Below, one piece after another: positions 1 through 8,078 of a stretch of DNA of 64,000 bases. The stretch spans positions 10,907 to 74,906 of the forward strand of contig JAUSGH010000001.1 of assembly GCA_030649055.1 (NCBI GenBank), in the 5' to 3' direction. Position 1 is the first letter of the stretch. Each line of letters starts with the position of its first letter. This DNA comes from a bacterium (GTDB taxonomy: Bacteria > Patescibacteriota > Minisyncoccia > UBA6257 > JAUSGH01). The translations under genes and the position numbers were made by a program. The notes under the pieces were generated by a model. That model searched no databases. It worked only from the letters and a program-made list of their open reading frames with translations, and had not been told where the DNA came from.

Positions 1-113
1 GCTTGATGCGGGGAACTCAGCCCTTCCAGACGTTCCCACGCTTGGGTGCTCAATCCCGGGCGACTTGATCCCAAGCAGAACGGTTGCCGAGTCGAAAGAC
101 AAGGTAACCGTTT

Positions 114-2597
114 CTATTTCCCATGACACTTCTTATATTTAATAGGATGTTCGCTCGCATCCTTCGCTCCGCACGGGCACGGGTCATTTCTCCCGATTTT
201 CTGACCAGGGTTGAGCGTATAGGGTTTAGCGTTTGGGATAACTGCAGGGCTCTGAATCTTTTTTTCTACTATACCCTCAACGCTAGACGCTAAACGCTCT
301 CTATTCGCACTCACCCACTCCTCAAACGTGGCGAGCAGCTGTTTGAACATAATGTGCCCCTCCCGTTTGTATTCAACAAGTGGGTCGTGCTGACCGTAGG
401 CACGGAGACGCACGGCGTCGCCCAATGCTTCCATGTCGGAGAGATGGTTCATCCAAATCATGTCCAGCATTGCCAACACGGTTGGCAATGCGGAATCAGG
501 AATTTTGAATAATGAATCAGGAGCCGCGGGCGTTTCGCTGTCGTGATTTATAATTCCTAATTCATGCTTCTCCAGCATCTCCTGCCTCTTCCTATATATA
601 GTAAGCCGCTGGCGGTTTAGGACGTCGTCGTACTCCAGCAAGTGTTTGCGGGAATCAAAGTGAAATCCTTCAACGCGGGATTGCGCCTCGCCGATGGCTC
701 GGGAGATAAGCCCTGCGCTGATGGGCATATCATCGGGAACGCTGAGGCGTTCCATAAGGCGCTTCAAGCGGTCGCCGGCAAAAATGCGCATCAGGTCATC
801 TTCCAGTGAAAGGAAAAATTGTGAGGAGCCCGGGTCCCCTTGCCGGCCGGCGCGTCCACGGAGCTGGTTATCAATGCGGCGCGCTTCGTGCCGTTCGGTG
901 CCGATGACGTGCAACCCCCCCGCGTCGCGCGCTTTCTGCGCTTCTAAAATCTCCGGCGGGTTTCCGCCCAGAATAATGTCCACACCACGGCCGGCCATGT
1001 TTGTTGCAACCGTAACTGCTCCGAGCCGTCCCGCTTGCGCGATGATGGCGCCCTCACGCTCGTTATTTTTGGCGTTCAGCATTTCGTGGCTAATGCCGGC
1101 GCGCTTCAGGCGGCGTGAGAGCTCCTCGTTCTTTTCAATGGAGACTGTGCCGATCAATACCGGCTGGCCTTTTTCGTGGCGCGCTTTGATGTCGGCGATA
1201 ATCGCATCGTGTTTCGCTTCAACGGTTTTGTAAATAAGGTCCGCCTCGTCATTGCGTATCATTTCGCGATTGGTCGGAATGGTGACCACTTCCAGTTTAT
1301 ACACCTTATCAAATTCTTCGGCGGATGTTTGTGCGGTACCGGTCATGCCGCCGAGTTTGTTGTACAAACGGAAATAGTTTTGAATGGAAATCTGCGCATA
1401 GGTGCGTGATTCCTGGTTCACGCGTACGCCTTCCTTCGCCTCTATTGCCTGGTGCAATCCGCCGGAAAAACGCCGTCCTTGCATGAGCCGTCCGGTGAAC
1501 TGGTCAACGATGATAATTTCTCCGTCTTTTGAAACATAGTCACGGTCGCGAAGGTAAAGGCCGTACGCTTTTAAGCTTTCTTGCAAGTAGTGCGTGAGGC
1601 GGAGGTTTTCGGGCGCGTAGATATTTTTGATATTCATCACCTGCTCCACCTTGTCGATGCCGGCATCGGTGATGTCGGCGGAGTGCATTTTCTCGTCAAC
1701 AAGGTAGTCCACGCCTTTTTCGAGGCGTGCGACAACGCGCGCGAATGTTTTGTAAAGCTCGCTTGATTCGCTGTCGGGCGCGGAAATAATAAGCGGAGTG
1801 CGCGCCTCGTCAATTAAAATGCTGTCCACTTCGTCGATAATGGCGTAGTGCCAGCCGCGCTGCACCTGCCGCAAAAGGTTGTTTTCCAGATTATCGCGGA
1901 GATAGTCAAAACCGAATTCGTGGTTGGTGCCGTAGGTAATGTCGGCGGCATATGCTTCACGCCGTGAAATCGGCCGGAGATATGCCTCTTGCACCAAGTA
2001 CGCGCCGGTTACGTCGCGTTCTTTATCTAACAAGGCCGACTCCGCGTGTTCGTGTTTCTGATCATTTGAATTTGTTTCGGATTTCGGATTTCGGATTTCG
2101 GATTTTGCGTGCAAATATGTGGGGTCGTATATCACGGCGCCTTCGTGAATAAGACACGCGACACTCATTCCGAGCGCACGATAAATCTGTCCCATCCAAA
2201 CGGCGTCGCGTTTTGCGAGGTATTCGTTGACGGTAACGACATGCACGCCCTCCCCTTTTAGCGCGTGCAGATACGCGGGTGCGGTTGCGGCCAAAGTTTT
2301 TCCTTCACCGGTGCGCATCTCAACAATTTTTCCCTGGGCAAGCGCGATGCCGCCCATGAGCTGCGCGTCATAATGGCGCTGTTTCAATGCGCGCTTTGCG
2401 GTTTCGCGCACAAGCGCGAACGCGCGGGGTAGAAGTGCCTCTATGGGTTCTCCTTTCCGGGCGCGTTCTCGAAGTTTTTTGCTTTCATTCAACAGAAACT
2501 CATCACCGAGCGGAGCGATCTCCGCTTCCAGCGCGTTGATTTCCGCAACGGTTTTTTTGAGTTTTTTTATTGGGCTAAACAAACCAAAAAAGTTCAT
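114..2597 (-). CDS. secA: Preprotein translocase subunit SecA
   Basis: Motifs MRTGEGKT, DEVDSILIDEARTPLIIS, ATNMAGRGVDI, QLRGRAGRQGDPG and C-terminal GRNDPCPCG SEC-C motif; wing domain shortened. Confidence 0.98.
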   Translation of the reverse strand: MNFFGLFSPIKKLKKTVAEINALEAEIAPLGDEFLLNESKKLRERARKGEPIEALLPRAFALVRETAKRALKQRHYDAQLMGGIALAQGKIVEMRTGEGKTLAATAPAYLHALKGEGVHVVTVNEYLAKRDAVWMGQIYRALGMSVACLIHEGAVIYDPTYLHAKSEIRNPKSETNSNDQKHEHAESALLDKERDVTGAYLVQEAYLRPISRREAYAADITYGTNHEFGFDYLRDNLENNLLRQVQRGWHYAIIDEVDSILIDEARTPLIISAPDSESSELYKTFARVVARLEKGVDYLVDEKMHSADITDAGIDKVEQVMNIKNIYAPENLRLTHYLQESLKAYGLYLRDRDYVSKDGEIIIVDQFTGRLMQGRRFSGGLHQAIEAKEGVRVNQESRTYAQISIQNYFRLYNKLGGMTGTAQTSAEEFDKVYKLEVVTIPTNREMIRNDEADLIYKTVEAKHDAIIADIKARHEKGQPVLIGTVSIEKNEELSRRLKRAGISHEMLNAKNNEREGAIIAQAGRLGAVTVATNMAGRGVDIILGGNPPEILEAQKARDAGGLHVIGTERHEARRIDNQLRGRAGRQGDPGSSQFFLSLEDDLMRIFAGDRLKRLMERLSVPDDMPISAGLISRAIGEAQSRVEGFHFDSRKHLLEYDDVLNRQRLTIYRKRQEMLEKHELGIINHDSETPAAPDSLFKIPDSALPTVLAMLDMIWMNHLSDMEALGDAVRLRAYGQHDPLVEYKREGHIMFKQLLATFEEWVSANRERLASSVEGIVEKKIQSPAVIPNAKPYTLNPGQKIGRNDPCPCGAKDASEHPIKYKKCHGK

Positions 2598-2632
2598 AGC
2601 ACGAGCTTAACACTAAAAAGGCGATTTTGCTA

Positions 2633-2661
2633 TTGACGGTGAGGTTTTGTTGGTATAATAT
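2633..2661 (+). promoter_or_regulatory. sigma70-like promoter of ORFan cassette
   Basis: TTGACG at 2633-2638, TGgTATAAT at 2651-2659; GGGAGG SD just before ATG 2696. Confidence 0.6.
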
Positions 2662-2695
2662 GTTCCTTAGTATTGGCTATGTTCGGGAGGACATC

Positions 2696-3274
2696 ATGGC
2701 AGAGGAAACACCTATGACGCCGGAAGGCGCGGTGACACAACCGGAGGAGATGGCCATGACGCGGCCGAAGCTGGACGAGCCGCCGCGGCTCGTGAAGGTC
2801 AACGGTGAAGACCGCTCGCGCCCGGGGTGTGGACTCTACGGAGAGTGGGGCGAATACGGCCTGAAGCATGCCATTGTCTATTTTCTGGACAACTTGCTCG
2901 CCGGCAACTTCGACGAGCTCCCCGCTCCGCACATCGTCTTCGGCCCTATCACGTTGAAGCTGCGTCGGCACGTGGGATGTGATGGCGAGTACATCGCCTA
3001 CGGTGAGCCGATGAACGACGAACGGCCGGATTGGTTCGTGGGTAGGACGCGGAAGCTGAGATTTGAGGTTGAGCTTCTGTCTTCTTCTGGCGTCGACGTG
3101 CTGGAATACAACCTCCGGAAGTTCGCGCTGAATAAGAGCTGGCGGGTGCTCGCGGTGTTCTTCGGTCCTGCCCGCACGCTGCGGATCTGGAAGAAGGAAG
3201 ACGGAGGGTATGGTCTGGAGACCTACGGCCTTCCGAAGACCGAGGAAGAATGGAACTGGCATCCGCACAGTTAG
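2696..3274 (+). CDS. Hypothetical protein (ORFan cassette)
   Basis: Open frame with SD-led ATG (MAEETP...), GC3-rich codons, hairpin downstream. Confidence 0.75.
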   Translation: MAEETPMTPEGAVTQPEEMAMTRPKLDEPPRLVKVNGEDRSRPGCGLYGEWGEYGLKHAIVYFLDNLLAGNFDELPAPHIVFGPITLKLRRHVGCDGEYIAYGEPMNDERPDWFVGRTRKLRFEVELLSSSGVDVLEYNLRKFALNKSWRVLAVFFGPARTLRIWKKEDGGYGLETYGLPKTEEEWNWHPHS

Positions 3275-3366
3275 CGCCCCTGTCAGACGGGGCAAGAAAC
3301 TGAAACGGGAGTGGTCGCCTCAGGCGACCACTCCCGTTACTCATTTTCGCGTAATCCCCTACGGGA

Positions 3367-3675
3367 TTATTTCTGTTTAGAAAGTATATTTTTCAACTTA
3401 TCCTTTACTTCGGTGACCGCGACACGGATGTCCCAATCTTCATGCTCGGCGCGCGCGATGTTTTTACTCGTCGCGTCCAGATTCACCTCCGCGCGATACA
3501 CCGGGCCCTTCGTGTGATGTTTTGTGGTGCGCGCGATTTCAACAATCGCAATCACGCTCGTGCCGTTGCGCTCGTGCCGTTGCACGAACTTATCAAGCGA
3601 CCCGATTTTTTCGTTGATGTACTCGATCATCGCGGGCGTGAGGTCAAGGTTGGTTGCTTTGATGTTTATTTTCAT
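3367..3675 (-). CDS. raiA: Ribosome hibernation factor RaiA/HPF
   Basis: MKINIKATNLDLTPAMIEYINEKIGSLDKF...YRAEVNL, typical S30AE/HPF pattern; start moved to 3675. Confidence 0.9.
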   Translation of the reverse strand: MKINIKATNLDLTPAMIEYINEKIGSLDKFVQRHERNGTSVIAIVEIARTTKHHTKGPVYRAEVNLDATSKNIARAEHEDWDIRVAVTEVKDKLKNILSKQK

Positions 3676-3736
3676 GGAGTGGTGGGTGCTTTTATTCGCG
3701 TTATTTTTATCGTCCAATTCGCGATATTCGCGAACA

Positions 3737-4717
3737 CTATACGTAAATGACTTCTTCCTCAAGAACTATACCAAATTTTTTCTTTACTTGCGACTTTACA
3801 AGTTTAATCAGCGACTTCACATCGCTTGCCGAAGCGTCCAGCACGTTCACGATAAAGTTCGGATGTTTGGGTGAAATCATCGCGCCGCCATAGCTTACGC
3901 CTTTGACGCCGCTGGCTGCAATGAGATACGCGGCAGGTACTACAGGAAACGGATCATTCTTTACTGGAATCGCCGACCCACGCAGACTAAACGCTGACTT
4001 ACGCAGAGCTTCCGCGTAGTTCCGCGTGCGTTCCGCGTAAATCTGCGTCACTGGGACATTTTTGAATATACTGCCGATGTTCGGATAATCCATCGGATGC
4101 CGCTCTTCGCGGTAGCGGATTTTTTCGGCAACTGTCCTTGCGATGACAGCCGGGTCCCCCGTCTTCATTTGCAGCGTTGCTTCCAAAATTATTTCTTCGC
4201 CGTCGTTAATTTTGAAGATGCTGTTGCGGTAGCCAAAGGCACATTCATTTGCCATGCGGTTCATGAGGCGCGGTTCTTTTTTTGCAATGTTCAAACTCGC
4301 GACTTCAAACACCGCATCTTTTGTTTCCCCGCCAAATGCGCCGGCGTTTCCTCGGATGGCGCCGCCAACGGTGCCGGGAAGCCCGCCCGCCCACTCCAAC
4401 CCGGCGAGTCCGTGGATGGCAGCGAAGTCTACAAGTTCGCGCATGAGGACACCCGCGCCGACACGGATTTTTGTTTCATCGGCGGAGATGTGCCCAACGG
4501 CGGGCTTGATGACCAAGCCATCGAATCCTCCGTCATTGATGAGCAGGTTTGTTCCCCCACCGAGGATAAAAATGTCGCGTTTTTTTCTCTTGATTTTTCT
4601 CCATTCTTTGAGCGCGGCAATAATTTCATCGGCCGATGCCGGTTCACAAAAGTACCGCGCGATGCCGCCGATTTTGTAATTACTATAGAGGCTTAATTTT
4701 ACGTCGTGACGGAACAT
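3737..4717 (-). CDS. murB: UDP-N-acetylmuramate dehydrogenase
   Basis: KIGGIA, LGGGTNLL, GLPGTVGGAIRGNAGAFG, FGYRNS, GSIFKN, KHPNFIVN, LEEE motifs. Confidence 0.97.
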   Translation of the reverse strand: MFRHDVKLSLYSNYKIGGIARYFCEPASADEIIAALKEWRKIKRKKRDIFILGGGTNLLINDGGFDGLVIKPAVGHISADETKIRVGAGVLMRELVDFAAIHGLAGLEWAGGLPGTVGGAIRGNAGAFGGETKDAVFEVASLNIAKKEPRLMNRMANECAFGYRNSIFKINDGEEIILEATLQMKTGDPAVIARTVAEKIRYREERHPMDYPNIGSIFKNVPVTQIYAERTRNYAEALRKSAFSLRGSAIPVKNDPFPVVPAAYLIAASGVKGVSYGGAMISPKHPNFIVNVLDASASDVKSLIKLVKSQVKKKFGIVLEEEVIYV

Positions 4718-4769
4718 GATTGAAATAAAAAAGAAAAAGAAGCACTGGCTTCCTTCGTGCGACAGTTAC

Positions 4770-4895
4770 AATGTACGCGCGTTGATTCTATGCCCTGAGC
4801 GACTGCCAGTGGTGACCTCCAATTCTATTTGTGTTGAACGAGTGCGCAGCCGGCAATCGCTCGGGAGACGGAATCAAGAACGCAATGCGTTCATT
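4770..4895 (-). ncRNA. Candidate long-hairpin ncRNA or structured murB leader
   Basis: About 40-bp interrupted stem that pairs fully (with G-U) only on the minus strand; TATAAT at 4904-4899. Confidence 0.45.
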
Positions 4896-4929
4896 TATAT
4901 TATAATGCACGAACACCGTGCGAAGCAAA

Positions 4930-4959
4930 CTAAAAACCTGTCTTGCGACAGGTTTTTAG
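4930..4959. terminator. Bidirectional intrinsic terminator
   Basis: CTAAAAACCTGTC-ttgc-GACAGGTTTTTAG perfect inverted repeat. Confidence 0.75.
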
Positions 4960-5025
4960 CCAAATAGATTGGTGCGATTCCCGAGTTGATATCATCGCCT
5001 GGGAACACGACACTCATTCAAAAGT

Positions 5026-5055
5026 ACTATAGCAGAGGAAGGGGTGCATTGTCAA
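5026..5055 (-). promoter_or_regulatory. sigma70-like promoter for a short transcript
   Basis: Minus-strand TTGACA-18-TATAGT about 65 nt upstream of the terminator. Confidence 0.55.
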
Positions 5056-5058
5056 TAG

Positions 5059-5448
5059 CTAGAAAATATTCTCGTAATAATTTATTAGAAAATTATTTCC
5101 CAACTCTGTCAAGTACTCCGGAAAAAGCTGAACAGCGGCGACGTCCGCCCTCCATCCCCTCTCCCCTACTTGCTCCGGGTACTTTAATGCGTAGAATTCC
5201 GCGATCTTTTTGAACTTCTTTACCTTCGCCGAGGTCATATTGTCCTCCGGCTTTAACGCGGCTCCCCCGCCAGTAAGCAAGGTCTTTACCTCTATAAATA
5301 GAAGCAACCCATCTTTCGCCTTTGCAACGATGTCGATTTCACCGAATTTTTGCCGGTAGTTTCTTGCGATGATTTTGCAGCCACTTTTTACGAGGTGCTC
5401 TACGGCAAGCTCCTCGCCGAGATCACCGATGGTTTTGGTTGATGTCAT
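5059..5448 (-). CDS. yraN: YraN family PD-(D/E)XK endonuclease
   Basis: GDLGEELAVEHL, ARNYRQKFGEIDIVA, LFIEVKT; start moved to MTSTKT at 5448. Confidence 0.93.
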   Translation of the reverse strand: MTSTKTIGDLGEELAVEHLVKSGCKIIARNYRQKFGEIDIVAKAKDGLLLFIEVKTLLTGGGAALKPEDNMTSAKVKKFKKIAEFYALKYPEQVGERGWRADVAAVQLFPEYLTELGNNFLINYYENIF

Positions 5449-5459
5449 ATGCGTTACAG

Positions 5460-5858
5460 TGTTTGACGGCAAACACTCGTACAATCCTTCGACAAGCTCA
5501 GGATAAATAAAACAATAAAGCAATGAATCAAAAAAGCAACACAATGTTTACCGTCAAACAATGTTTACCGTCAAACATTGTTTCAGGCGAGGATGTTTGC
5601 CGGCAAACATTTGAAATGTATCAAAAGCCACTAAAAATACGGCAAGAGTACTGTTAATACGGCAAAACATGCTACTTTGCCGTATTTGTTTTATATTTTC
5701 GGTGAAATTGTTTCACGTCAAACACGCAGACAAGAAAACAATAAAGCAATAAATCAAAGAAGCGACAGATGTTTGCCGTCAAACAATTGTTTGACGGTAA
5801 ACAATTGTCTTGGGTGGAGGACATCGAAAAAACGTGATAAAGTGTTTGCCGTCAAACA
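5460..5858. repeat. Array of 8 parS-like 16-bp palindromes TGTTTnnCGnnAAACA
   Basis: Copies at 5460, 5545, 5562, 5594, 5709, 5770, 5788, 5843. Confidence 0.9.
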
Positions 5859-5885
5859 ATTGTTTTGGTAAAAATGACAAAAGTG

Positions 5886-6010
5886 TAGGTTTAATCAACC
5901 GATTGGATTATGGAGAAATTGCCTAGAAAGTAGGCTATAAAATGTTTAACAGATTGTTTAACGCCATGTAAATAAGTCAATCGGATAGGTTTAATCAACC
6001 GATTGGATTA
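5886..6010. repeat. 25-bp direct repeat TAGGTTTAATCAACCGATTGGATTA x2
   Basis: Identical copies at 5886-5910 and 5986-6010. Confidence 0.9.
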
Positions 6011-6112
6011 AAAAACACCCGTGAAACAAATTATACTGTAAAACAATATTGTGCGACAGATATGTAAAGTGTAACGGCCAGCTCGAGGTTGTCGGGCTGG
6101 CCGTCGTGTAGA

Positions 6113-6661
6113 TCACTTCTTGCTGTTCGCGATGCGGTGCTGCTCGAGCCGTTCGGCGGCAGCAAGGATGGAAAGCCAATACTGCATGAGTTCCGCGGTA
6201 TCGTCGCTGCCGCCGGGCCGGCAGTCCAGGATGCGCTTTAACGCGGCGATGAGCTCTCGGCGTGTTTCGCCGTCAAACTCTTCGACGGCGATCGTTTTGA
6301 CGCGTAGCGCTCCGGCAATCATATCTGCGACAACGCTCGCATCCTTTTCGTCTACACCGCCATAGGCACAGATGGATGATTCCAGCATCGTGCCGATGCG
6401 CAGATTGTGGACACACGCAATCGCGTCAAGGTCTCCCTGCAGCTGCGCGCCTTTGAGGAGGACATCCGGCGGCGACATGATATTTCCGACGTACGCATGA
6501 AGTTCCTCGTGTGTCATGTGCTGGAGCGAATTCTGCCGTTTGTACAGCCACCAGTGAGCGCGTTGGCACCAGTAGTAGATACCGCTCATCGCGAGCACGA
6601 GCAGTGCGAGCCCGACGACCGTCTGTCCGAACGGTGTGAGGAGCCGATACAAGGTATCCAT
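6113..6661 (-). CDS. Hypothetical protein with N-terminal TM helix (ORFan cassette)
   Basis: GGAGG SD, upstream TATACT, hydrophobic N-terminal segment. Confidence 0.75.
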   Translation of the reverse strand: MDTLYRLLTPFGQTVVGLALLVLAMSGIYYWCQRAHWWLYKRQNSLQHMTHEELHAYVGNIMSPPDVLLKGAQLQGDLDAIACVHNLRIGTMLESSICAYGGVDEKDASVVADMIAGALRVKTIAVEEFDGETRRELIAALKRILDCRPGGSDDTAELMQYWLSILAAAERLEQHRIANSKK

Positions 6662-6779
6662 GTGACCTCCGTAATGGAATGGCGGTGAATAACTGATTAC
6701 AGTATAACGCTATTATTTAAAAAAAGAAAATCGCCGGCTCCCGGGAAGGGGAGTCGGCGATCGGTGCGTTCGTGGGGTG

Positions 6780-7064
6780 CTAGCGTCCGCTGGGCGACCA
6801 CTTCGTCAGCGGCTCCAGCTTGTAGATGACGATGGCGCCATCCGCGGGATGGAAGCAGGGGAGGAACCCTTTCTCCACAAGCCACGCGGCGCGCTCCTGG
6901 AACTTGCACTGGGCAAGGAGCGCCCTGCTGCACTGACCGGGAGGGAGGTTGAACCGCTCGTGCTCCACGAGCGTCAGCCCGTCCTTCAGACGCTCCCGTA
7001 CTCCGCGCCAGGTGAAGATGCTCTGGCCGATCTTGGTCGGGTTAGGAACGGCGTTTCTGGGCAT
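6780..7064 (-). CDS. Hypothetical protein (ORFan cassette, gene 2)
   Basis: AAGGAG SD before ATG 7064 (MPRNAV...); terminator hairpin near 6728-6762. Confidence 0.6.
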   Translation of the reverse strand: MPRNAVPNPTKIGQSIFTWRGVRERLKDGLTLVEHERFNLPPGQCSRALLAQCKFQERAAWLVEKGFLPCFHPADGAIVIYKLEPLTKWSPSGR

Positions 7065-7129
7065 CCCATTTCTCCTTCTGACAAACCGAATGGCGGAGGA
7101 CTCCGGACAGTTCTGTTTACTCCTTTCTG

Positions 7130-7531
7130 TTAGGCGACCGCAGTAACATCCGGCGCCACGAGGTTCACGATGCTCTCGGCATCCTTGAGGAAGCCGTAGA
7201 CATTCTCCAGTGCGAATGGGATGTCGAAGCGCACTTCGTTGAAGCTCCAGTCGGCGCTGAGGTTTTCGTTCAGGTCGTGGAAGACCCTCAGGAGCAGCTG
7301 CCATGCCTCCCGAGTTGCGTCCCACGCCAGCTTCTCACTGAGCGTAGTGGGATTTACCCCAACGACGTCAAGGTAGAGTACGCACCGGTGTGCATCACCG
7401 CGGTGACGTTCCACGGTGAACGTGCGCCGCAGGATGCCCTTCGTTGCGTGGTGCTGCGGCCCATTGTCGGTCACCACATCCCTGTTGAGCTGTACGCAAA
7501 TCGCGACAGCTCCGGTAATCCGTTGCATCAT
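7130..7531 (-). CDS. Hypothetical protein (ORFan cassette, gene 1)
   Basis: Open frame behind promoter TTGACA(7630)-17-TATACT(7607). Confidence 0.65.
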   Translation of the reverse strand: MMQRITGAVAICVQLNRDVVTDNGPQHHATKGILRRTFTVERHRGDAHRCVLYLDVVGVNPTTLSEKLAWDATREAWQLLLRVFHDLNENLSADWSFNEVRFDIPFALENVYGFLKDAESIVNLVAPDVTAVA

Positions 7532-7670
7532 CGCGATTCCCCTGAAATGAGAACCTGCTGTTTATAGTCAGCTTACACAAGCCAACCGATTACTAGGAAG
7601 TAGTATAGCAATTCATTAGCATTTTGTCAATATTGACTTCGCTTGGCGTGGACAATAATATAAACGATAT

Positions 7671-8015
7671 ATGGCATTCACTAAAGAACAATTTGCAATT
7701 TTACGGTTGAAGTTGGAGGAGACGCTTGCCGATATTAAAGACGAGCTGAAAGGCGTTGATGGGAAAGTGACGGATATGGGCAGTGACAACGATCATCTTG
7801 AAGAAGAAGAGGATGAGGCCGAGGAGTTTTCCGTAAACGTTGCGATTGCGGGTGGATTAAAGGATCGTCGCGAGAATGTTGAAGTCGCGCTCCAGAAAAT
7901 GGCTGAAGGGAAATATGGGAAATGCGAGAAGTGTGGCATGGACATCGGCATGGACGTGCTCATGGCCGACCCTGAATCGCGACTTTGCAAGCATTGTAAG
8001 GAGGGCGCGAAATAG
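7671..8015 (+). CDS. DksA/TraR family C4 zinc-finger protein
   Basis: Coiled coil with acidic tip, then GKYGKCEKCG...PESRLCKHC. Confidence 0.92.
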   Translation: MAFTKEQFAILRLKLEETLADIKDELKGVDGKVTDMGSDNDHLEEEEDEAEEFSVNVAIAGGLKDRRENVEVALQKMAEGKYGKCEKCGMDIGMDVLMADPESRLCKHCKEGAK

Positions 8016-8078
8016 CTTTAAAAATTATAGGAGAAAACGAAAGGTGCAAAACGCCTTTCGTTTTTTCTATACAAGAAG

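Noticed and set aside
1-113. Structured RNA at the window start
   Set aside because: Two hairpins are visible but the region is truncated; most simply a gene end plus terminator facing secA
5460-5858. CRISPR array
   Set aside because: Repeats are only 16 bp, spacing is irregular (1-100 bp) and no cas genes are present
5450-6060. oriC call
   Set aside because: AT-rich and repeat-rich, but no clear TTATCCACA boxes; the only perfect DnaA box seen is a lone one at about 45702
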